Part shown: piece by piece, positions 31,694-40,816 of the stretch | Layout: the number at the start of each line of letters is the position of its first letter | Position numbering within the stretch: position 1 is the first letter of the stretch | From: Candidatus Latescibacterota bacterium | GTDB lineage: Bacteria; Latescibacterota; UBA2968; GCA-2709665 | NCBI GenBank assembly: GCA_965222075.1 | Contig: OZ244937.1 | Coordinates: 4,288,001-4,352,000, forward strand | DNA: 64,000 nt | Reading direction: 5' to 3' | Translations under genes and position numbers: made by a program | Notes under the pieces: model-generated | What the model saw: only the letters and a program-made list of their open reading frames with translations | The model's database searches: none | Told to the model about the DNA's origin: nothing

Positions 31694-31984
31694 TTATTTT
31701 CGCGTATCAATGGGCTTCAAATAGAGGTTACGGGGCGGGTCCGACGGAAAAACCATCCCCAGTTCTTTCGAAGCAATCTCGCGTATGCGGCTGCTCCGCA
31801 CAAGCCCGGCGACCTCCGCCCTGAGGCGGTCCTGCTGACGGATCAGCGTCTGCCGCTTTGCCTGGAGCCGCGTCAATTCCTCCCCCTGGCGCATCGTCTT
31901 CACATGCCCCCAGAGGTAAACCAGCAACCCCAGCACCAGCAGCACAAGAGCGCCAAAATACGACCGGTAGAAGCCCGATGCCAT
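31694..31984 (-). CDS. ftsL: Cell division protein FtsL-like
   Basis: TM plus coiled coil and RIREIA..LGM; lies between rsmH and ftsI. Confidence 0.85.
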   Translation of the reverse strand: MASGFYRSYFGALVLLVLGLLVYLWGHVKTMRQGEELTRLQAKRQTLIRQQDRLRAEVAGLVRSSRIREIASKELGMVFPSDPPRNLYLKPIDTRK

Positions 31985-32000
31985 CCCCTACTCCTCTCCC

Positions 32001-32054
32001 AATTGCGGATTGTGGATTGCGGAATAAAGGCCTTTCAATCCGAAATCCGAAATT
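32001..32054. repeat. TTGCGGA/TCCGAAA heptamer hairpin element, copy 2
   Basis: AATTGCGGATTGTGGATTGCGGA...CAATCCGAAATCCGAAATT inverted arrangement. Confidence 0.7.
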
Positions 32055-32996
32055 TCAAAGCCGTTCCGCCACCCGCAGCGTCGCGCTCCGGGCCCGTGGG
32101 TTCCGCTCCCGCTCCGCCTCCCCGGCCCGGATGCCTCTGGAGGTCAACACCGCTACCGTCCCGACCCGGCCGCATCCGCAAACCGGCAGGTCGGGGGGAC
32201 AGATGCACCCTCGGGCCTCAGCTCGAAAGACCTGTTTAACCGTCCGGTCCTCCAGCGAATGATATGAAAGAACGGCAATACGCCCGCCCGGCTGAAGGAC
32301 CTCAATAGCCCCCTTAAAAACCCCTTGAAGGTGGGCCAGTTCCTCATTCACCTCAATCCGGATGGCCTGAAAGATCCGGGCCAGGGTCTTCTTAAGGTGG
32401 GGCCCCCGGACCACATCGGCGATCAGGTCGGCCAACTCCAGCGTCCGCGTCAGGCGTTCCCGTTCCCGGTATCGGCAGATGGCCCGGGCAATCCGGGCCG
32501 CAGCCCGCTCCTCCCCGTAAACCCTGAAGATCCGCGTTAGCGCCTCCTGCGGATAGGTATTGATCACCTCCTGCGCGGAGCGGAGAGCGTCGGGTCCCAT
32601 CCGCATATCTAAGGGGCCGTCCTGCCGGTAGCTGAACCCCCGTTCGGCCCGATTGATCTGATGCGAAGAAACCCCCAGGTCGAAAAGCACCCCACCAACC
32701 CAGGAGACCCCCAAGTCAGCCAGGACCCGAGACAGTTCCCAGAAGGGCGCCTGCACTACCTCGGCCCGGCCCCCAAACCGGCGGAGGCGCCTTGAAGCCT
32801 CTCGAACCGCATCCGGATCCCGGTCGATTCCGATCAGCCTCCCCGCCTCACCCATCCGCTCTAGCAGGCATTCCGCGTGGCCCCCTCCCCCCACCGTCCC
32901 ATCCACGTAAGTTCCCTGCGGGTCGCAAACCATCCACGCGGTTGTCTCCGGCCTCAGAACCGGTATGTGAAACGCCGGGGCCTCCTGTCCCATCAT
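32055..32996 (-). CDS. rsmH: 16S rRNA m4C1402 methyltransferase
   Basis: HIPVL, DGTVGGGGH, DLGVSS, PLDMRM, FQAIRIEVN, HSLEDR, NPRARSA. Confidence 0.97.
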   Translation of the reverse strand: MMGQEAPAFHIPVLRPETTAWMVCDPQGTYVDGTVGGGGHAECLLERMGEAGRLIGIDRDPDAVREASRRLRRFGGRAEVVQAPFWELSRVLADLGVSWVGGVLFDLGVSSHQINRAERGFSYRQDGPLDMRMGPDALRSAQEVINTYPQEALTRIFRVYGEERAAARIARAICRYRERERLTRTLELADLIADVVRGPHLKKTLARIFQAIRIEVNEELAHLQGVFKGAIEVLQPGGRIAVLSYHSLEDRTVKQVFRAEARGCICPPDLPVCGCGRVGTVAVLTSRGIRAGEAERERNPRARSATLRVAERL

Positions 32997-33090
32997 CCCT
33001 GTTTTTTGAAGTCTCTATAAGCTTTAGAATAAATATTCCACATCCGAACCGAATAAATATTCCACAAACTGAATATTCAACCCCTGAACC

Positions 33091-33546
33091 CTAAAGTACA
33101 TCTATCTCCTGCGCATTCTTTTCCAGCTCCTGATCGGCCTCGTCTATATAGTCGGCATACCGTTCCGGATTCCAGAACTCAATCCGATCTCCCACCCCAC
33201 TGATCGTGGCCCGGTCCGTAATGCCGGCCCTGTCAAGCAGCTTACGCGGGATCAACACCCGTCCCTGCCGGTCGATCCTGGCCTCTACGGCCCGCCCGGC
33301 CACCGAACGGATCAATTGCCGGGCCTGTTTTTGCCCGCCGTCCAGCGTCTGAAGCCTGCCCAGAAGGCGCTGCCAGCCCTTCGGATCGAAGCCGGCCAGG
33401 CATCCGTCGAACCATCGCGTAATCACGAAGGTCGTCACACCCATAGGCAGCGCCTTGCGACAGGCAGCGGGGACAATTAGACGCCCCTTGGGATCTACCG
33501 GAACGTCCTCGTATCCGCCTATGAATTGGGGAGTTTCATCAGACAT
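33091..33546 (-). CDS. mraZ: Transcriptional regulator MraZ
   Basis: DPKGRL and DRQGRV repeats; first gene of the dcw cluster. Confidence 0.95.
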   Translation of the reverse strand: MSDETPQFIGGYEDVPVDPKGRLIVPAACRKALPMGVTTFVITRWFDGCLAGFDPKGWQRLLGRLQTLDGGQKQARQLIRSVAGRAVEARIDRQGRVLIPRKLLDRAGITDRATISGVGDRIEFWNPERYADYIDEADQELEKNAQEIDVL

Positions 33547-33580
33547 TCAAAAATCTTGTTTTTATTTTAGTTATCTCCAA

Positions 33581-33668
33581 ATTACCCTAATCACCCTAAT
33601 CCCCCACTTTCCCCCACTTTCCCCCACTTTCCCCCACTAAAGTTAGGGCCAAGGGAGGGAAAAGTCAA
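33581..33668 (-). promoter_or_regulatory. dcw promoter with MraZ operator boxes
   Basis: Minus strand TTGACT-17 nt-TAACTT, followed by four GTGGGGG boxes at 10-nt period plus two degenerate units. Confidence 0.85.
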
Positions 33669-33867
33669 GGATTTTCTAACCGTCTGTTTTGCTTTATCTC
33701 TAAAAAAAACAATATGGTGCTCAAAAGAGCATCAGTGTTTCCTCACCCACAACCGCGCTTGCCCCAAGGCCGTCTACGCTGTATCTTGTAGTGAAGCCCT
33801 CCTCCCCCCCAACCCGTCGGCTTTATGCCTGAGAAGGGAGCGACACAAATACCCGAGAAACCACCCG

Positions 33868-34266
33868 ATGAAACAGACGCCCGCCTTTATCCTCTCCCTG
33901 TGCAGCCTCCTGCTGTGGAATACCCTCGGTTGCAGCCGGAAGCCCGTCGCAGAATCCGGTCTCTCCGATCGGCAGTTTGCCGAACTCGCCGTGGAGGTCA
34001 TCCACCTCCATCGGCGCTATGCCGACCGGCCCGACAGCCTGACGCTCCAGAGAGAAGCCCTTTTCCAGCGTTACGGCATCTCCCCAGAAGCCCTCGAACG
34101 CTTTATTGCAAAACGCGAGCAGCACCCGGACGCCTGGAAGCAGGTGCTTCAAGTTATGGAAGAAAAACTCGGAGAAAGAGGGGAAGGCTCACAAACCGGA
34201 AGGAACTGCGGCGTTGGAAGATACCGGAAGGGAGAAGGCGATACGGCCAAAGTGAAAAGTGAGTGA
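33868..34266 (+). CDS. Hypothetical lipoprotein (DUF4296-like helical domain)
   Basis: Signal peptide ending TLG-C; ALFQRYGISPEAL helical pattern. Confidence 0.6.
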   Translation: MKQTPAFILSLCSLLLWNTLGCSRKPVAESGLSDRQFAELAVEVIHLHRRYADRPDSLTLQREALFQRYGISPEALERFIAKREQHPDAWKQVLQVMEEKLGERGEGSQTGRNCGVGRYRKGEGDTAKVKSE

Positions 34267-34294
34267 GGAATCAAAGGCAGGAAAAAGCAATTTA

Positions 34295-34393
34295 AACCAC
34301 AGAGGCGTAGAGGACGCAGAGGTAATCGTGGTTCGTAGTTCGTGGAATTTTACCGATCCCCAATCCTCGATTCTGGTCTTTCTCTGCGTCTAC
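34295..34393. repeat. Nested inverted repeats of 9-nt and 7-nt units
   Basis: GTAGAGGACGCAGAG ... CTCTGCGTCTAC enclosing AATCGTGGTTCGTAGTTCGTGG ... CCGATCCCCAATCCTCGATT. Confidence 0.55.
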
Positions 34394-34490
34394 ACCACCC
34401 CGGACGATTGGCTCACGCCTGTCTCCGGCGGGCTGGCGCCCGCCTCCGGCTCACAGGATCATCTCCTCTCCCTGGTGAATGCTTTTATTT

Positions 34491-35792
34491 TTAATTAAAC
34501 CACCCGAATATGCGGCTGATATCGCCGAAGGTTACATAAAGCATCAGAAAAAGGAGAAAGGCAAGCCCGACCTGCTGGAGGACCTCCTTTTGCCGTATGG
34601 AAAGCGGGCGCCTGATCGCTGCTTCCACTGTCAAAATCATCAAATGGCCCCCGTCCAGCACCGGAATGGGGAGGAGGTTGAGTACCGCTAAGTTGATGGA
34701 AAGCAGGGCCATAAACCCCAAGAGCCTTTCCCAACCCTGCTGGGCCTTTTGCCCCGCCATCTGGGCGATGGCCACCGGACCGGCCAAGGCACGGCCCGAT
34801 ATCTTTCCCAGTATCAGATCCTTGATAAACTTATAGATGAGGGTGGTAAACTGCACCACATCCTGCCCGCTCCGCCCGATGGCCTTTACAAACCCCACCG
34901 GCATCCGCACCATCGACTCCATCGGCGGGCCGATGCCGATCAGGCCGACCGTCTCATCTCCCATCTGCTCCGCCCGGGACACAACCTGCGCCCACATCTC
35001 TACCCCATCCCGCACCCACCGGACCTCGATCTCCTGCCCCGGTCTGGCGGAGATCTTCTCCTTCATCTGCCACCACTGCGCCACCGGCTCCCCGTCTACG
35101 CCCACAATCCGGTCGCCGGGTTGGAGGCCTACCCCTTCGGCCGGATACCCTGACAACACCGATCCTGCCGTGGATGAAACGAACGGATCGATGCCCAGCG
35201 TCTGAACCGATCGATCCAGAAACACCTGCAGGGAGAGGGGGGTCCCATCGCGGATGACATCAAGCGAAACCGTCGAATTCCGGGCCCCCTCGAACGCGCG
35301 AATCAGCGCATCCCAGTTCTCCACCCGCACTCCCCCAACCGAGGCCACCCGGTCGCCTGGCTTCAGCCCCGCTTCCCGCAGCGGAGACGCGGCCTCAATC
35401 CGCCCGATCTGCGTGGTATTCAAAACGTATTCGCCCACGGTCAATCGGACCCCCAGGATAATGAGGAACCCGAGCAGGAAATTCATGGCCGGTCCGGCGG
35501 CAAGCACCGACATTTGCACCCACCTCGGCTTGGACTGGAACTCCCACGGCTCTCCCTTCACCTCTTCATGCCCGATGTCGGCCATCCCCGCCATCTTCAC
35601 GTACCCCCCGAAGGGAAGCCAGGAGATACAGTACTCCGTCTGTCCAAACGTAACGCCAAACGCCTTGGGCCCAATTCCCAGCGAAAACCGCTCGACCAGG
35701 ATTCCCGCCCTTTTGGCCACCCAGAAGTGTCCCAACTCGTGCACAAAAACGAGCACGCCTAAGACAAACAGAAAAGAAAGAAGCGTCGTCAA
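34491..35792 (-). CDS. rseP: RIP metalloprotease RseP
   Basis: HELGH, AGPAMN, two PDZ domains, NLLPIPVLDGG. Confidence 0.96.
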   Translation of the reverse strand: MTTLLSFLFVLGVLVFVHELGHFWVAKRAGILVERFSLGIGPKAFGVTFGQTEYCISWLPFGGYVKMAGMADIGHEEVKGEPWEFQSKPRWVQMSVLAAGPAMNFLLGFLIILGVRLTVGEYVLNTTQIGRIEAASPLREAGLKPGDRVASVGGVRVENWDALIRAFEGARNSTVSLDVIRDGTPLSLQVFLDRSVQTLGIDPFVSSTAGSVLSGYPAEGVGLQPGDRIVGVDGEPVAQWWQMKEKISARPGQEIEVRWVRDGVEMWAQVVSRAEQMGDETVGLIGIGPPMESMVRMPVGFVKAIGRSGQDVVQFTTLIYKFIKDLILGKISGRALAGPVAIAQMAGQKAQQGWERLLGFMALLSINLAVLNLLPIPVLDGGHLMILTVEAAIRRPLSIRQKEVLQQVGLAFLLFLMLYVTFGDISRIFGWFN

Positions 35793-35826
35793 AGGGATTC
35801 AACTCCATCTTTGTCAGGTTAAACCT

Positions 35827-36981
35827 CTACCGCTCCAGCCTTCGAATAATCTCCCCCGCCTTTTCCCGCCCCCACCGGTCGGCTTCAAAGACCGCTTCTA
35901 AGTCCAACCCAAAACCGTTCCCGTGGGCATCCAGCACCCGGCGCACCACCCCGGGAACATCCAAAAAGCCGATGCGGCCTTCTAAAAAGGCGTAAACCCC
36001 GATCTCGTTGGCCGCATTGAGCACCGCTGGCGCCGTCCCACCCGCTTTCACTGCCTCATAAGACAGGGCCAGACAGGGAAAGCGTTCAAAATCGGGCGGG
36101 TAAAAACGCAACTCGCCCACCTGTGTCAGGTCCAGAGGACACACCCGCGTGCACAGCTTCTCGGGATGGGTCAGGGCCTGCTGGATCGGCAATCGCATAT
36201 CGGGCGTGCTTAAGTGCGCAGTCAGGCCGCCATCTACAAACTCAATCAGACAGTGGACAATCGACTGCGGGTGGATCACCACATCGATCTTAGAGACCGG
36301 CAGTCCCAAAAACCAGTGGGCCTCAATCACCTCGAAACCCTTGTTCATCAGCGTCGCCGAGTCCACCGTGATCTTTGGGCCCATCTTCCACGTCGGGTGG
36401 TTCAGCGCCTCCTGGGGGGTAACCCGGGCCATCTGATCCAGAGAAGAATCAAAAAAAGGCCCTCCGGACGCAGGCAGGAGAATCCGCTTCACCTCCTGCT
36501 TGGGCGTCCCCTGCAAACTCTGCCACAGCGGCGTCAACTCACTGTCTAAGGGCGCCAGCTTCACCCCCTGCTGCGCCGCCAGTTCGGTCACAATGCGGCC
36601 GGCAACCACTAAGGTCTCCTTGTTGGCAATCGCAACATCCTTGCCCGCCTGCACCGCCGCCAGGGTTGGCCTCAACCCCACACCGGCCACCAGACCGTTC
36701 ACCACCAGGTCGACATCCGGGTCCGTCGCTAAGTCCAGAAGGCCCTCCGGACCGCCCAGGACCTCAATCTCCAGCGGCTTTAACCGGGAGGCGGCCTCCT
36801 GCGCGTCTCCGCTTACACACACCCGCCGGGGCCGGAATCGCATCGCCTGGTCACAGAGCAGGTCCAGGTTGCGCCCGGCGCTGAGGCTGACCACCTCAAA
36901 CCGGTCGGACAGTCCTTCGAGAACATCTAAGGTGTTGGTGCCAATAGAGCCGGTAGATCCCAGAAGCGCAACCCGTCTCAT
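35827..36981 (-). CDS. dxr: 1-deoxy-D-xylulose 5-phosphate reductoisomerase
   Basis: GSTGSIG, ANKETLV, HPTWKMGPKITVDSATLMNKG.EVIEA. Confidence 0.96.
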   Translation of the reverse strand: MRRVALLGSTGSIGTNTLDVLEGLSDRFEVVSLSAGRNLDLLCDQAMRFRPRRVCVSGDAQEAASRLKPLEIEVLGGPEGLLDLATDPDVDLVVNGLVAGVGLRPTLAAVQAGKDVAIANKETLVVAGRIVTELAAQQGVKLAPLDSELTPLWQSLQGTPKQEVKRILLPASGGPFFDSSLDQMARVTPQEALNHPTWKMGPKITVDSATLMNKGFEVIEAHWFLGLPVSKIDVVIHPQSIVHCLIEFVDGGLTAHLSTPDMRLPIQQALTHPEKLCTRVCPLDLTQVGELRFYPPDFERFPCLALSYEAVKAGGTAPAVLNAANEIGVYAFLEGRIGFLDVPGVVRRVLDAHGNGFGLDLEAVFEADRWGREKAGEIIRRLER

Positions 36982-36996
36982 CGCATATCTCGGCCG

Positions 36997-37827
36997 TTAG
37001 ATCGCCTGCAGGAGTGAGAGATAGAGATAGACCAGAGGATAAACAGAGAGGAAGCTGTCGAAGCGGTCCAGAACACCGCCGTGACCGGGAATTATCCCTG
37101 AGGCATCTTTAACCTCCGCATCGCGTTTCACCATCGATTCGACCAAGTCGCCCAGAAGTGCGCCGCCCCCCACCACCAGGCCCAACCCCAGTCCCTCCCA
37201 GAAACAGAGCAGCCCAAAGGCCTGGACCCCGGCCGGGACCGTGACCAGCGCGCCCGCCAGCCCTCCCACAAACCCCGCCCCCGTCTTCCCCGGACTGAGG
37301 TGCGGGAAGGGGTGACGCCGCCCCAGAAAGCGCCCACAGAAATAGGCCGCGATATCGGCCGCCCAGATGCCTATCAGGATCAAAACAGCAAGCGCTGCGG
37401 CCCCACCTTCAGACATCTCAGCCTTTGAAAAGTTCCGTACCAGCAGCGCAAAGCTGCCCAAGAACCCAACATAGAGCACCCCCATCAGGGTCGCCCCTGC
37501 ATCGCCCAGCCGGAATCCCCCTGTGTCGCCCCTTCCCAGGGCCAGGACCAGCAGACAAAGCACCAGCCCGGCGAGGGGAAAAAGCAGGGACGCGCTCCCA
37601 AATTCGTAGACCCACACACACCAAGCCAAAGAGGCCGCAACCCCAAACCGTGTCCAGGGGTGCAGCCCCTTCTGCTCCTGCATCCGATAATATTCCCATG
37701 TACCCGCCCCCACTACCCCGGAAAGACCCACCAATAGGGGGAACCCCCCAACCCAGAACAGAACCAGCAGCACAGGCCCGAAAACCGCCGCCGCCAGCAC
37801 CCGTTGGGTCAGATTGGATCGTGCCAC
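36997..37827 (-). CDS. cdsA: Phosphatidate cytidylyltransferase
   Basis: SPGKT, GDLVESMVKRDAEVKDAS..IPGHGGVLDRFDS. Confidence 0.95.
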   Translation of the reverse strand: MARSNLTQRVLAAAVFGPVLLVLFWVGGFPLLVGLSGVVGAGTWEYYRMQEQKGLHPWTRFGVAASLAWCVWVYEFGSASLLFPLAGLVLCLLVLALGRGDTGGFRLGDAGATLMGVLYVGFLGSFALLVRNFSKAEMSEGGAAALAVLILIGIWAADIAAYFCGRFLGRRHPFPHLSPGKTGAGFVGGLAGALVTVPAGVQAFGLLCFWEGLGLGLVVGGGALLGDLVESMVKRDAEVKDASGIIPGHGGVLDRFDSFLSVYPLVYLYLSLLQAI

Positions 37828-37904
37828 CAAAGCCTCTCCTGCCCTCCAGAGCGTCGCAGGGGCGTGGTTTCCGCGCCCCGGTTTCCGCGCCCCCAATGCG
37901 GCCC

Positions 37905-38723
37905 CTACGCCGTAGACAGACCCACCTTTTTCAACTTCCCGTTCCCCACCCTCGCCTCTTTTCCAGAACGGACCTGAGCGCTGGTTTGCCCGAACCGCCG
38001 CTCCCGGGACTGATAGCTCCGGATGGCCTCGTAGAGATGCTCCCGGCGGAAATCGGGCCACAACACAGGCGTAAACCAGAGTTCGGTGTAGGCACATTGC
38101 CAGAGCATGAAATTGCTCAGCCGCATCTCCCCACTGGTCCGAATCAACAGGTCGGGATCCGGCAGATTCGCCGTATAAAGCGCCCGAGAAAAGCAGGCGT
38201 CGTCGACCTGGTCGCACCGGAGCCTGCCCCCCTCAACCTCTGCCGCAATCTGCCGGACGGCATGAACGATATCGCTTCGACCGTCGTAGCTAAGCGCTAA
38301 GTTAAGGATCAGGCCGGTATTCTCGACCGTCTCTGAAATCGCAAACATCAGCGCCCTGAGCGCCTGTTTTGCCAGCCGGTCCGTCGCTCCCGTGGCCACC
38401 AGCCGGACCCTGTTCTCCTGGAGTTCGTCCAGCTCCTCCACCGAGGCGTCTCGAAGGAGCTGCATCAGCGAAAGCACCTCCGTCCAGGGCCGGCTCCAGT
38501 TGTCGGTACCGAACGTGAACAGGGTCAGAATGTCGACCTTCAGTTCTCCACAGGCCCGAACGATGTCGCGAACAACATCCCGCGCCGACCGGTGGCCTTT
38601 ACTGCGGTGGAGGCCCCGCTGCTGCGCCCACCGGCCGTTCCCATCCATAATAATGGCGATATGCCGGGGCAGGTTGCCCTGCGCCTTCAACGCATCCTGG
38701 ATTTCCGCGTCCTGGGGGTCCAA
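37905..38723 (-). CDS. uppS: Undecaprenyl diphosphate synthase
   Basis: HIAIIMDGNGRWA, DPDLLIRTSGEMRLSNFMLWQ. Confidence 0.97.
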   Translation of the reverse strand: MDPQDAEIQDALKAQGNLPRHIAIIMDGNGRWAQQRGLHRSKGHRSARDVVRDIVRACGELKVDILTLFTFGTDNWSRPWTEVLSLMQLLRDASVEELDELQENRVRLVATGATDRLAKQALRALMFAISETVENTGLILNLALSYDGRSDIVHAVRQIAAEVEGGRLRCDQVDDACFSRALYTANLPDPDLLIRTSGEMRLSNFMLWQCAYTELWFTPVLWPDFRREHLYEAIRSYQSRERRFGQTSAQVRSGKEARVGNGKLKKVGLSTA

Positions 38724-38848
38724 GTTCCCTCTCCGAGCAAAGAGTCATTGCCTTCGATTTCGTATCTTAAAAAGGTGTAGCTATTTAATTTATGGTTCGG
38801 TATGGGCAAAGTCAAGCGAACTTTTCCGCCCACCCGTCCCTGATTCCC

Positions 38849-38877
38849 TTGACATCTTGCCACAGAGGGCCTATTAT
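38849..38877 (+). promoter_or_regulatory. Sigma70-type promoter
   Basis: TTGACA-17 nt-TATTAT. Confidence 0.65.
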
Positions 38878-38906
38878 CCCTTCGAATCTGGAAAAGGAGA
38901 GGCGCC

Positions 38907-39485
38907 ATGCACCCCCAAAAGCAGGACATCCGCCGGCGCATCCTGAAGCAGCGTTTCGCACTGACGCCCTCGCAGGTTCAGGAGGTGGGAGACGCCGTGA
39001 GGAACCGCCTGGTGGAAACGAACCTCTACGGGCGCGCCCGGTGTCTTGGTTGCTACGTATCGGTCAAAAACGAAGTGGACACCCATCGGCTCATCCAGGT
39101 CGCCCTGGAGGGAGGAAAACGCGTGGGCGTGCCAGTCACGCGCAAAAAGCGACCCCTGGTCCATCTGGAGATCCACACGCTCTTCTGCTTGCGGTCCGGC
39201 CCCTTCGGCCTGCTGGAACCGGCCGAAGGCGACCGGATCGAGATTCCGCCCGGCGACTTCGACCTGATTCTCGTACCCGGCGTTGCGTTCGACCGCCGGG
39301 GCAACCGGATCGGCTTTGGCGCAGGCTACTACGACCGCTTCCTTGCCCGCACATCCGCGCCAAAAGTGGGACTTGCCTACGCCTTCCAGGTCCTGGACCG
39401 CTTGCCCGCGGCCCTCCACGACATCCGTCTCGACTACCTGGTTACGGAAACGGCAATCCACACCTGCGGCTCACCTTACTTATGA
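38907..39485 (+). CDS. fau: 5-formyltetrahydrofolate cyclo-ligase
   Basis: VPGVAFD..GNRIGFGAGYYDRFL, HDIRLDYLVTE. Confidence 0.93.
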   Translation: MHPQKQDIRRRILKQRFALTPSQVQEVGDAVRNRLVETNLYGRARCLGCYVSVKNEVDTHRLIQVALEGGKRVGVPVTRKKRPLVHLEIHTLFCLRSGPFGLLEPAEGDRIEIPPGDFDLILVPGVAFDRRGNRIGFGAGYYDRFLARTSAPKVGLAYAFQVLDRLPAALHDIRLDYLVTETAIHTCGSPYL

Positions 39486-40318
39486 ACGCCCCCACAGACC
39501 ATCCCCAAGATCGCCCGCCCGGCCAGTCCCCCGCGCAGGTCCTCTCCCCCGCGCAGGTGCGGGAAATTCTGGCTGTCCATCGAACTTGGGTGGAATCGGG
39601 TGGCGCGGACGGGCAGCGGGCCGAACTTGCGGGCGTCAACCTGAGCCGGGCCGAACTCCAGGGCGCTGTTCTCAGGCAGGCCGACCTGCACGAAGCCACC
39701 TTGAGCGGTGCCAGGCTTCAGGAAGCCGATCTGGCCGGCGCCAACCTCCAGCGGTCCAAGCTCTACCAGGCCAACTTCCGGGGTGCGAACCTCGAAAGCG
39801 CCGACCTGGCCGGCGCCAGCCTCCAGAACGCCGTCTTCCAGAATGCCAGCCTGAAAAACGCCGACCTCGCCCCGGCCGATCTGGGACTGGCCGACCTGAA
39901 TGGGGCCAATCTCACCGGGGCGCAGCTGCGAGAAGCCAACCTGGCCGGCGCAAATCTCCGCGAGGCCGACCTCACGGGGGCCGACCTGCGCAAGGCCCGA
40001 CTCCAGGAAGCCAACCTCTTGAAAACCGACCTGGCCGGCGCCAACCTCCAGGGAGCCAACCTGCAAGGCGCCAACCTCCAGAACACCAATCTTGGAAACG
40101 CAGTCCTCCAGAGCGCCAACCTTCAAAATGCCGACCTCGTCCAGGCCAACCTGGAGGGCGCAAACTTCCGCAAAGCCAGGCTCCAGAACGTCGACCTGTA
40201 CAAAGCCAACTTCCAGGACGCCGACTTTCGGGGTGCCGACCTGAGGAACGCCGTCGGCTTCAGCAGAAAACATATCGACATGGCGCGAACAGATGAAAAG
40301 ACCAAACTCCGGGATTAA
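39482..40318 (+). CDS. Pentapeptide repeat protein
   Basis: Long run of A(D/N)Lxx repeats; ATGA overlap with fau. Confidence 0.92.
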   Translation: MNAPTDHPQDRPPGQSPAQVLSPAQVREILAVHRTWVESGGADGQRAELAGVNLSRAELQGAVLRQADLHEATLSGARLQEADLAGANLQRSKLYQANFRGANLESADLAGASLQNAVFQNASLKNADLAPADLGLADLNGANLTGAQLREANLAGANLREADLTGADLRKARLQEANLLKTDLAGANLQGANLQGANLQNTNLGNAVLQSANLQNADLVQANLEGANFRKARLQNVDLYKANFQDADFRGADLRNAVGFSRKHIDMARTDEKTKLRD

Positions 40319-40352
40319 TCTCCCCCTACCCGCCATCCGAAAGAGGTCTCAA

Positions 40353-40667
40353 ATGGTCTGACAAAAATTGTTGAAGAAGCTTGGAAAGAGTGGCGGAAAA
40401 TCTACCTCAGCGGCCGAGTTATTGGAGACGCTGAAAACATGTGGTCTGGAGGTACCAGAGGGTTTGCCCGAAGTGATCGTCCGGCGGGCAGGTGAAACCC
40501 TTGATCCCCTCTGCGAAATTCTGCTGGACGGACTGAAACCCAAGCGCCCGCCTGTGAAAAAGGGGAAGAAGCGAAAGGTATCCCAGGAGAAGAAGCGGTC
40601 GGATTATAGCGCCTACTTTTTCAGACAGCACAGGCGGGTCGGGGGGATTGAGCTCGTAACATCATAG
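40353..40667 (+). pseudogene. Small hypothetical ORF with TGA at codon 3 (possible remnant)
   Basis: AGAGG RBS, then ATG GTC TGA CAA AAA TTG, in frame with ORF 40368-40667. Confidence 0.35.
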
Positions 40668-40816
40668 GATCTGGAATAACAGATGTTGAAGAAATCAAAA
40701 CCAAACAAACCCCTTGACTCTCCGGGAAGTTACCAATATGTTTGAAGGTCATTTTGTCTGCTCCATCTATGTTCATCTGTGTTCATCTGTGGTTGCTTCG
40801 GTCAGAACAGAACCTC

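Noticed and set aside
33027-33066. AATAAATATTCCACA x2 as DnaA boxes
   Set aside because: Two mismatches to TTATCCACA, inside the dcw operon; more likely a local duplication.
38780-38906. 6S RNA expected upstream of fau
   Set aside because: The promoter lies only about 30 nt before the ATG, leaving no room for a ~180-nt RNA.
38792-39481. 508-aa ORF as an N-terminally extended pentapeptide protein
   Set aside because: The extension overlaps fau in another frame; the real start is ATG 39482.
39482-40318. Strong 15-nt periodicity suggesting a repeat array
   Set aside because: Fully explained by pentapeptide-repeat coding; no repeat-spacer structure, so not CRISPR.
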